DNA of 20,000 nt. It comes from Thelocarpon superellum. Taxonomy: Eukaryota. This document shows positions 11,057-20,000 of the stretch, piece after piece. The notes under the pieces are model-generated. The model did no database searches and was not told the DNA's origin. It was given only the letters and a program-made list of their open reading frames with translations. A program made the position numbers and the translations under genes. Each line of letters starts with the position of its first letter. Within the stretch, counting starts at the first letter, position 1. Where the stretch lies: NCBI GenBank assembly GCA_026025795.1, contig JAPEUG010000033.1:57540-77539 (forward strand), given 5' to 3'.

Positions 11057-13784
11057 TCATGCCCGCGTCGCCGGCAGCGCATAGCTCCTATCCCACTTGA
11101 TCTCTTGGGACATGGCGAGATCGAGCAGCCACTCCGTCTTCACCACTCGGGGCACCATCCCCTGTGTCGTGGCCTGCTGGCAAAAGTTCTCTGCCACCTC
11201 TCGCTGCTCTGCCGTGTCGCTACTCAGCAGATAGACCGCTTCGGGTTGATCCTCGTCCGAACTCGGCCCCGCTCCGCCCTCCTTCTCCATGCGCATCGAC
11301 ACGATCCCACGGCGCGGTCGGAATAGCACGCAGTGACCTCCGTTCGCCTCGATGATGGCCTTGTTCGTGTCGAAGCCTCCGTGCACCGCCTCCGTGCAGT
11401 AAATGGTGATCCCGCTGAGGAGACTTCGCTCGTTGACGCGTGCCCGCTGCACCGCCTCCTTCAGCCGGAAGCCAAATCGCTTCTCGGCCTTGACATCCTT
11501 CAGAAGGAATCGCTCGTCGGGCACCACTTCGTTCTCCTCCAGACACTCATCGACAAATTCCGTCGAGATGATGACAGGGGCATATGCAAGCGCCAGGAGG
11601 AACTTCTGCGTCCGCATGATGGCGGGCGCGGCCAGATGCGTGCATTTGCTCGGATCCTGCACGATCAAGATCCCCAGCTCCCGCAGTCGTTTCTTGCTTC
11701 CGTCAGCGACTTCTTTCACTCAGGACGCGAGTCCACATACCGTGTCATCTTCCTCCGTTTGTGGCTGGCCCACCCACTTCTGATAGCCAGTCAACAACAG
11801 CCTCATCTTGGGTGGTGGAAGCTTGGTCGTGCGTGGTCGCTTGACTTCTCTTCCGTCGTCAACATCCATCGCGTCCTCATCATCTGCCGACTGGTGGCTA
11901 AAGCTGCGCTTCGATCGATCACTCGACGCCTCAGCCGTCCTTCGCCCGCCCCAGATCACCCCACCCACCCGCTTCTTCTCCTTTTCGTATAGGGCGATAT
12001 CTGGGGCAAGGTCATGCAGTCGGGCCATGGCACGATCCTTGGCTCCGCGGCTCGAACCCGTGGTCGGCGTCTCGTTTTCCTTGCCAGTCACCCTCATTCT
12101 CGATGCCAGAGGGGTCTCGAACTGTCCAGGTTCGTCAAGACGTTGCCTTCGAGCTTTCTTGGGTCGAGCCTCATCACTGAGGTTAGAGCTCGAATGCAGA
12201 CCGGTTTGGTGCCTTGGGCTCGAGCTGGACACGCCGCCGTTGGCGAGAAGGGTCGAGGAGATATTCTCGTCCTTCCGATGCATCGCCCGCGAAGGCTCCG
12301 TGCCCTCGGCGTCGGGGCTCGAACCGTCACCCGGGAAGAAGAGCGCCTTCATGACATCACGATCAACCTGGGTCTGTCCGACAACCTCGCCAAGGTTGGT
12401 GCGCGCCGGGAAATGGTTGTATCGTGGATTCGTGAGGCTTTGGACGTCCCATTTGGCATAGCTCTCTTCCAGCCAAAGATGATTTACGAGGTGGATGTTC
12501 CACTCCCGGGCAGCATTGCATTTCTCGCTCTGGGATCGTGCGGTGATCAGGTGTGTGTTCTCGGGCGAGAGAGTCTTGGTAAAGGTGCCGCCGGCCGCCA
12601 CGATGAGATTCTCCAGGTAGAGACGAGCTTCCCCCTCGTAGTTCGAGACCGAGATACGATAGTCCTTAAATTCCGAAATGCCATGACGGGCGACGGGGTA
12701 GTGCAGGAGACGTCGAAAGGGGGATGTCCATACGTTGCTGGCGATCAGGTAGTAGAGCCAGGACAAGTTGCCCACGTCTTTGCCCGCCCGAGACGCCATC
12801 TCGTAATCCTTGCCTTCACGATAGTGACAGATCAGAACGTCGGCCGTGTGAACGCTCCCAGTGATGGAGCCCCTGCCATCGGTAACCAGGTCCTCAATGA
12901 CACCCCGGAGGTGGCTTCCCAATTCAAGATCGTGGGACAGCATCACCTTTTTCCGTTCAAACACGTCCAAGTCCTGACGTGGGCCACTCGAGGATGTGAT
13001 GTCGGGCCGGGTCGAGCTGGCACCAATAAGATGACTGCCTCGCGATGCAGCGACAGGGTCATGGGGAGCGGCAGTGGTCAGGTCTGGGTTGGGCAGCAGA
13101 TAGGGCGCTTCATCGATCCGCTTGCCAAGTTTCAGGCAGTCATCGAACCTGCAACGCGTCAGGAATCAAGACAACCTCGGCCAATTGGCATTTGCTCACC
13201 AGTGGGGCAAAACAGTCTTGCATGGGAGAGCCTTGATGATGGCCTTCTGACACTTTTCGTTGTCCTCAGTCAAGGCGACAATATGCGTGACCATCTTGGT
13301 CAGGCTCGCGGAATATTGGCCTCCCATGGCAAGCACGCCCCCAATGATGGCTTCCTTGTCGCCTTCCGGCAGGTCGACGCACGTGAGGGTGACGCCAGAG
13401 AAGAAGAGACGCGGGTCGGGGCTGTAGGGCCGCATTGGGGCCAGACGTTGCTTGGCTACGGAGGCGGTCACCCATGCGGGTTTGACGACCGAAACGAAGG
13501 CATCGAGCGCAGCGTGGTACTCCGGGAAGTCCGAGGTCATGGAAATGATGTGCGTCACGTCTTCGAGGTGGATCTTCCCGCCGCTCGACTCATTGGCTTC
13601 TTGGTTTGCGCCAAGCTCATTCAGAAGAATGACGAGCTGAGATCTGATCAGTTCGGAGCGGTGGATTAAAGAAGGGTGAAGGTACCTGTTCCGCCGCGTC
13701 GTCGGGCAATTCGTCGCTACGAACGATGTGGTACGTGACGTTCTCGAAAAGACGAGACGCGTCCCCGCCGTTGGCCGTCTGCAT
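11057..13784 (-). CDS. RTT107: Multi-BRCT DNA-damage scaffold Rtt107/Brc1, ~859 aa; exons 13784-13686, 13636-13200, 13148-11741, 11692-11057
   Basis: Four N-terminal BRCT-like repeats (VVKPAWVTAS, YSPDPRLFFSG, LPHWFDDCL, LLHYPV, HLVNHLWLEES) and a C-terminal tandem BRCT (CTHLAAPAIMRTQKFL, VKTEWLLDLAMSQ). Introns 13637-13685, 13149-13199 and 11693-11740 keep the frame. Confidence 0.9.
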
Positions 13785-14443
13785 TGGTGGAACTGAGGCG
13801 TTGGCCGTCTCAAAAGGGATTGAAGTCGTCAGCAATCTACTGATGGCATGCCTTTCGGATCTCTATCCAAAACGATGCGGACGATGAGAAGACTGTGAGC
13901 AAAGCCGCCCTTGGCGACTGACGTGTGTTTGTTTCAATTGGCGTGGGTCAAGTGCCACCATTGGCGAACGTGTAGCAGCGCGTCTTGGTCACAACCGCGA
14001 GCTCCGGCTCCCTCGAAAGCACGTGACATATCCGTTCCATGTCTGTTTCTTCATGGCCACAGCATCTGCGCTAGAACTCCTCTTGTACGGTATTCACGAG
14101 CTAGAGAATCAGGTTGCATCGTGTGACTATCTGGGTAGCAGGACGGAGTCTCAAATTGATGCAAATAGAAGTTTGTGGTATCGTGCTTACACAGACATGA
14201 CGGCACCAACAGCTCTTTGGTGCTACGAGAGAGACGTAAGCACGGACGAACATTGACATATCTGCAACGGCTGACAGTGGGGCAGGTGCAGCCTCGGCTT
14301 CTCCTTCCTCGCTGCTCGTCTCCTATGCAGCACCCCCAGGGAAGATTCGACACAATCAATTTTGAGCTACGAGACGAAAACCTGATATTCCCTCGACCAG
14401 CCGTGCTACATTGTGCGTAGTGCTACGTTCTCAGTCCATCACG

Positions 14444-15879
14444 ATGTCTACCGATCGATTCCTTGTACACGAGCATAGAATTCCCGGTCAGCATGTCCGG
14501 GAATACCCCGCGGCAACAGCCCATAAGCAAGAAGACGTGCTCTATCTAGAGATAAAGCAATATTCTCCCCGGAGTAATGCGAGTCCCTCGCCGGGAGATG
14601 TCACCATCATCGGAGCGCACGCCAATGGGTTCCCCAAAGTGAGTCCCCGACCATGGCGATAGGGCGAGGATGACCAACAAGGCGAATAGGAGCTCTACGA
14701 ACCGCTTTGGGACGAGCTGCTAGCCCGCGCAGAGACCAACGGCTTCAAGATCCGAGACATTTGGATCGCCGACGTGGCTCACCAGGGATATAGTGGGGTG
14801 GTCAACGAGAACGTGCTGGGAAACGACCGTAAGGAAACGCACCGACCACGCAGCCTACGCAGGCATTGACAAGCGCCACAGCATCTTGGCACGACCACGC
14901 GCGCGACTTGCTGCACATGATCAACCACTTCCGAGATCAGATGCCGCGGCCGCTGATGGGCATTGGACACAGCATGGGCGCAGCGAGTCTCGCCACGCTG
15001 TCGCTGATGCACCCGCGGCTCCTGACCAGCCTCATCCTCCTCGACCCCGTCATCTTCGAGATCGAGCACATCCCCGCGCGGCCCGACTTCGCCATCATGT
15101 CTACCTTCCGCCGAGACCGCTGGCCGTCGCGCCCGGAAGCCGAAGCCAGCTTCCGCAAGAGTCCAGTCTACAAGCGCTGGGACAAGCGGGTACTGGATCG
15201 GTGGATCCAGCATGGGCTCCGCGAGCTACCCACGGCCATCTACCCCGACGCCGGGCCCGGCCTTAGCTCCAGCTCCAGCTCCACACAGGGCATCACACTA
15301 CGAACAGCGCTCCCGCAAGAACTGCACTCCTATTCACGACTAAAGGTCCTCCCAACAGACAGCCAAGGACTGGCCATCGTCGACCGGGACCGTTTTCCCG
15401 ATCTACCGAGCGGCAAGCTCGTCAAAGCCGCCGACTTCTACCGGCCAGAACCAGTCTGGATATCCGCAAACCTGCCCCACATCCGTCCAAGCGTGCTGTG
15501 GATATTCGGCGCCGAAAGTCCCATCTCCCCACCCATCACACAAGACGACAAGATGGCGCGCACGGGAACCGGAGTAGGTGGCAGCGGGGGCGCGGGCGAG
15601 GGGCGGGTGTCCAAGGTGGTTGTGGCGCGAGCGGGCCACCTGGTCGCGATGGAGGCCGTGGCGGCGTGTGCAGAGGCAAGCGCGGGGTGGATTGGGGCGG
15701 AGATGCGGCGGTGGCGGGCGCAGGAGGAGCAGTTCAAGGTGGCGTGGACGGACCGCCCGCACCGGGAGAAAATCACCGTGTCGGAGGAGTGGAAGGTGCG
15801 CATGGGCGGCGATCCGCGCGCGCGAGCGAAGAACGGCAAGAAGGCCGCGGAGAAGGGAGGCGCCAAGAGTAATCTCTGA
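14444..15879 (+). CDS. Alpha/beta hydrolase (Lpx1/MpaH-like fungal family), ~443 aa, C-terminal PTS1-like AKSNL; exons 14444-14638, 14690-14828, 14882-15879
   Basis: HANGFPK|ELYEPLW, IWIADVAHQG, PSWHDHARDL, nucleophile elbow GHSMG, LILLDPVI and catalytic His motif GHLVAME. Introns 14639-14689 and 14829-14881 are GT-AG. Confidence 0.9.
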
Positions 15880-16457
15880 TGTTGGCCGTGATTCTTCTTT
15901 CTGCCATTCTTTCGGATCACTCTTGTGGAACACTCTTACAGCTGACTCTTCCGGATCGACTCCTCTACATCATAGCATGTCATGTCAACTTCCATCTAGG
16001 ATGCAAGACCAGATAAAGAGCGGATGGATTTTTTGGGATATGGCGCATACTCGTAGTTGACGCACTCCGTAAATATGTTGCTTAGAGAGGGTTGGGCAGG
16101 AAGAAAAAAGAAGGAAAGGATGAACATCGAGCAGTGGACTAGATCCAGGGCAACATGTTTTTGGCATTTGGTAGTAGTGGTTCGCAGTTGTCATCAAGCA
16201 AAGGAGAGAAAGGAAGCCACGAGTCAATCCCCAAGGGAGACGTCAGAACCGGCCGTCACGAAGCCTTGCAGACCCCGAAACCCGGGGTGGGGTGGGAAAG
16301 CAGAAAAGGAAAGCAGAAGAAAACTTGAAACCTCGGTCGAGAGCGTCCTTGGTGCACACCAAATGGCACCTGCTACCATCAACCTCCCCAAGGGCTGAGC
16401 CAGTTGCCCAACCCCCACTTCTGTTGCAACGAGGGAAGACGTTCATCGATATCCCAC

Positions 16458-17273
16458 TCATCCCCGTCCGGGGTTCCGACTCAATGCCAGATTTTTCCAA
16501 TGCGCGACCTCGCCTCGGAGCTCATCGATGGTGGACTCCAGCTCATCGAAGCGCTGCAGCTTCTTCTGTCGAGACTTTCGCGCCGCCAAGGTATTCCGCG
16601 CTCGCTTCACCGCCACGGTATCGTTCATGTCGTCCACGATGATGTCCGGGAGATCGCTGCCGCGCTTGCGCGCGCTGACTCCTGACACCGACGAATGCTT
16701 GCTCGTGGTGGGACGGCCGCCGTGCGGAGAGTGTCGGGGCGACGACCGTTGACGAGTGGCGGGTGCGGCGATGGCGCACGAGGTTTGCTCGTACAAATCG
16801 CCCGTGGTAGTCGGGGGCGACCCGTCCGTCTCCGCCGTGGTGCCAGGGAACAAGGAGAACCAGTTGTCGGTGCCAATCTCCGTATCGCCCGTGTGGAACA
16901 TGGGGGACGTCTCGAAGCTCTCGTTGACGTCGGGCGAATCAAAGATGGAAGGCGACGTGAGGTTGGTGAAGGCCGTCGACGGGGGCGCCGAGGCTTGCGG
17001 GTCCCTCACCAAGTCCTTGGGCGACACGGTGCCCTGGTTGTGCGACGTCGACGACGCCGTCGACTCGTTGATGCTCGTAAAATGAGGCGACGACAAGTCC
17101 GCGTCGAAGAGCGGCGCGTCGGACGTGAAGTCCTCGGCGTAGCGGGCGGAGAGGTCGAAGAGGCTATGCATATCTGGGGGCGAGAGCATCGCGGTTAGCG
17201 TCGACGCATTGGAAATGGAGGACGACATGGCGGCGGGATCCATCGTACCTTGAGGCATGGTGGAAGTAGCCAT
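16458..17273 (-). CDS. cpc-1: Cross-pathway control bZIP transcription factor CPC-1/CpcA (Gcn4 ortholog), AUG-initiated form ~246 aa; exons 17273-17249 and 17173-16458
   Basis: Basic region/zipper DTVAVKRARNTLAARKSRQKKLQRFDELESTIDELRGEVAHWK, activation motif DNWFSLFP, and GTVSPKDL / SAPPSTAFTNLTSPS blocks. Start GCC-ATG-G at 17273. Intron 17174-17248 (GTACGA..GCTAAC..CAG). Confidence 0.95.
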   Translation of the reverse strand: MATSTMPQGTMDPAAMSSSISNASTLTAMLSPPDMHSLFDLSARYAEDFTSDAPLFDADLSSPHFTSINESTASSTSHNQGTVSPKDLVRDPQASAPPSTAFTNLTSPSIFDSPDVNESFETSPMFHTGDTEIGTDNWFSLFPGTTAETDGSPPTTTGDLYEQTSCAIAAPATRQRSSPRHSPHGGRPTTSKHSSVSGVSARKRGSDLPDIIVDDMNDTVAVKRARNTLAARKSRQKKLQRFDELESTIDELRGEVAHWKNLALSRNPGRG

Positions 17274-17948
17274 GGCGTCCGGTGCGTGCGGGTTCGCGTG
17301 CGACAGACGCACGTTACCAGTGCTGTTGCTGGCGAACAGCGGAACCTGCGGGCGAGAGCTGGTGTGCGGCGACGGGGCCGACTGCGGGAGCGCCGCGGTG
17401 GAGGACGGGGCCGAGGACGCGTAGAACGACGGCTTCGGGCCGGGTGGACTGTACCGATGGAGATGGAAAGACGTAGACGAGGGGTGGTGCCCGGAACCTT
17501 GGATGATCGTCGTCACTCTTGGGTTCTGCGCAGACGACGCAGAGGATTGAGAAGAGTTTCGTCGAAGCGGACCGCTAGGGGTCGCGAAGGTAGAGCTAGG
17601 GCTGGTCCGAGACGCGGGCGTCACCAGCTCGGCCGAGTGACGGGCGGAGCGCGGTGCGGCGGGATTCGTCGCTGTGGGGAACAGCACGAAGTCGGACGGG
17701 AGGGACGAGTTGAAGTCGGGTTGCGTTGCCGGCGTATGCCTGTGGAGAAGTGGGGGTTGGGAAAGCCATGGCTGTTGGTTATCCGTGGTGAACGACGGGG
17801 AAGTCGTCGTGGAGGTAGTGGAGTGGAGTGCGTTGGACGCGTAATGCGGAATGGTGTGGGCGCGGGGAGGTCCTGGTAAGAGGATCTCCGGAGCAAAGGG
17901 TGGGAGTGGAGTGGGGTCGAGGAACCGAAAGGACTCGAAAGAGGCAAT
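17274..17948 (-). CDS. cpc-1: Putative non-AUG (AUU)-initiated in-frame N-terminal extension of CPC-1, ~225 aa
   Basis: No stop and no in-frame ATG from 17996 to 17274. ATT at 17948-17946 in the context GAC AAG ATT GCC. Encodes SDFVLFP, RVTTII, FYASSAPSS and RPQVPLF blocks. Confidence 0.75.
17596..17769 (-). other. cpc-1 uORF2 (57 aa, MAFPTPTSPQAYAG..VSDQP*), out of frame with CPC-1
   Basis: The only ATG between uORF1 and the main AUG; strong context AGCC-ATG-G; ends at TAG 17598-17596. Confidence 0.85.
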
Positions 17949-17996
17949 CTTGTCTGACGGGGAGACAAGTGCTGGGTAGAAGTAGGGAGCAGACGG

Positions 17997-18014
17997 TCAG
18001 AAGGCAGCCATCAT
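17997..18014 (-). other. cpc-1 uORF1 (ATG ATG GCT GCC TTC TGA; MMAAF*)
   Basis: Short 5'-most uORF downstream of the CT-rich box, matching the reinitiation-permissive uORF1 of GCN4/cpc-1 leaders. Confidence 0.85.
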
Positions 18015-18065
18015 GCGTGGTGTCTTCTGAGGGTTATCGGTTCTGTGCGTGTGATGGGATGGATG

Positions 18066-18125
18066 GAGAGAGAAGAGAAGAGAGAAAGCCTTCAGGCAGA
18101 CGTGAGCGATCAGGCAGGTATTATA
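18066..18125 (-). promoter_or_regulatory. cpc-1 core promoter: TATAATA (18125-18119) followed by a CT-rich box (18087-18066)
   Basis: An AT-rich TATA-like element in GC-rich DNA, then a pyrimidine tract typical of fungal transcription start regions. Confidence 0.6.
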
Positions 18126-18270
18126 GTAAGGGACTCGGGCCACGGCTCTGGCGCCTGGTGGCCCCTCCAGGTGGTAGTTTGCCCTTCACGCCGCGTCCTA
18201 GGTCGTGCTACTCCATCCGTGACGGGGTGTGGGCAAGGCGCATCGCCCACCGCTCGCTTGCGCTGCCCTG

Positions 18271-18291
18271 ATTGGCTAGAGAGTGAGTCAT
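18271..18291 (-). promoter_or_regulatory. CPRE/GCRE ATGACTCAC (18291-18283) next to a CCAAT box (18275-18271)
   Basis: Exact TGACTCA core about 160 bp upstream of the cpc-1 TATA-like element. Confidence 0.65.
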
Positions 18292-20000
18292 TCTTCTTCG
18301 TCTCACTTTCGCTCCTGTTAGGAATCCCAGCGCAGCGGCGCTAGCAGGGGTCGCTGCCCCGCTACGCCCGCTCGTAGACCAGCACAGCGGCGTGCGTCGG
18401 GTCTTAGCCGTTCGTCCTCAGCACGCATTTGTAAGACCCTCTGCTTCGCATCACTAACCATTGCGGGGCCGTATTTCAGTCGTAGATCTCGCGCCTGTCC
18501 GCAATCCTACGATCCATGAATGGTTGATCCGGGGGTCCAGGGAGCAGGCCCTGGGGTATTCTCTCGACGCAAGAAATCGCCCAGTTGGTTGATGAGCTCC
18601 TCAGCACGTTCACGTCTTCGTCGGTGGTGGGGGCTCAAAGGGACGCAACCTCCTCGTCACTTTCCGGCCTGGCCGGGCTGGGCCGGACGCTGGTCGCTTA
18701 GTTGGTCATGCCGGTGCTTGGCCCAGCCTTTTCCGTGTGGACCGAACATCGTCTCAAGCGCGATCTGGGAGTGGTCGAAACAGACGCTCATGCAGTTCCG
18801 CCCCTGAAGAGTCATACGACGACGTGATGGTCCAGCGCGGCAGGCCAATCAGGCCCCCGCCGTCTCGCTCGGCTGGCAAACGCAGCGCACCAGACCCTCC
18901 GCTGGGTGCTATGCCTACCCCACGTCCAGCGCCGTCGGCGCTGAACCAGGACGGATAGGGCAGCATTGACTTTCGGGGGTTGCGGACTACTCCGCCCTTT
19001 GGTCCGCGGCGCACCGCAAACCCACGCCCTTCGACACGCCCACGGAGGCTCGCAAGGTCGGTGTGGGCTTGCAGGCTTGCCTGCGCAATTTCACCGCTAC
19101 TTTCCGAGCGAGGCCCACCCTGCATCGGCTCCCAGCGGACTTTGAGGACGCCTTGCTGCGCACCATTGTCTATGCTCGCACGCCGCAAGACCCTTGACCC
19201 TTGACCCCACACGAGACAAATGTTGGTCGCGACGGCCGTTGGCGACCGCCGCTCGCGTGCGGATACCGCACGGAGTATGGTTCGGGGAACCAAAGGAAGG
19301 TGGTAGCAACGCTACGGACGTAAAGCAGTGCTGCGCCCTGCGGATTACAACGCTACGATCTTAAACTCTGGACGCTGCTACGCTGCAGCGTTCTCCGCCA
19401 TAGCGCCGACCCTCGTATCTCGTGGGTGACGAAGCATCTGGCCGACCTTGAGACCTTCTGCACTCCTCCACAGCGCTCTTTCCCCGCGGTCGAAGCCTTG
19501 TTTGATCTTCCTCGATATGAACATAATCCGAGACGTTATCCACCCACATGTACGCAATCACGCGCTAAATCATTGGCCATACCCCACGTTGAAATATTCA
19601 GAATATTTTAATTGAAGCGGGACAACAAGAATTCGTCCCGGTCGTTCAGAACCATAATTTCGCCCTCGACACCTCGGCTCCAGTGTTATTTCCATCATGC
19701 ATCTGGTGATAGAACTCCTTGGATTGACCAGACCTTAGAATTATGTCCAGCCAAGGCAAAACCAATAGCTACCTCGCAGTTCCGCCTGTACGGTGTTGGT
19801 TATTGTAGTGGTAGGCGAAAAGAACGCTTACGAGGTGGATGGCCGTCGCGCAGACGACCAAAGCATATGCATGGGGCTCGTCAAGGCGCCGAGTCTGCCA
19901 AGTCCGCCGTAGTCACCGTCTCAAAGTGTCCGAAAGTGTCCGAAAGTTTCCGATTATGGGGCATGGGCGGCAGCTCGCCTTGACTGACACGAAGTCGAAG

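Noticed and set aside
12014..13669. 551-aa plus-strand ORF
   Set aside because: Antisense shadow of the RTT107 exons in GC-rich DNA, with no recognisable motifs.
3667..16460. Idea of a functional gene cluster, or TGA-CTA readthrough to cryptic PTS1 signals
   Set aside because: The genes are unrelated housekeeping functions, and none of the main stop codons has the TGA-CTA context.
17685..17687. GTG start of the 409-aa ORF given for cpc-1
   Set aside because: An ORF-caller artefact. The frame continues upstream to 17996, the context is poor (TTC-GTG-C), and it falls inside the DFVLF motif.
18300..20000. Short ORFs, tRNA or transposon candidates upstream of cpc-1
   Set aside because: I saw no cloverleaf or A/B boxes, no terminal repeats, no transposase/RT motifs and no AT-rich RIP-like tract.

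Overview
Gene-dense, GC-rich eukaryotic DNA from a filamentous ascomycete (Pezizomycotina-type short introns with GT..CTRAC..YAG signals). I reconstructed ten spliced protein-coding genes by hand: 3' part of prefoldin subunit 1 (+), a fungal coiled-coil hypothetical protein (+), mitochondrial glycine carrier HEM25/SLC25A38 (-), Rpd3L subunit RXT2 (+), phospholipid methyltransferase OPI3 (-), a Nit-family amidase (-), ESCRT-II VPS25 (+), the multi-BRCT protein Rtt107/Brc1 (-), an alpha/beta hydrolase ending in a PTS1-like tripeptide (+), and the bZIP cross-pathway regulator CPC-1/Gcn4 (-). The most notable feature is the cpc-1 leader. It has uORF1 (MMAAF*) and a 57-codon uORF2, and the CPC-1 frame stays open for 241 codons upstream of the main AUG with no in-frame AUG. 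A near-cognate AUU in strong context would add about 225 aa. The single UGA that closes the frame is uORF1's own in-frame stop. A Gcn4-type site in the promoter suggests autoregulation. The non-AUG extension is a published phenomenon in Pezizomycotina cpc-1, while the in-frame uORF1 readthrough and retainable intron ideas are my inferences. I saw no mobile elements, tRNA/rRNA or CRISPR. Gene identities come from motif recognition, not database searches.
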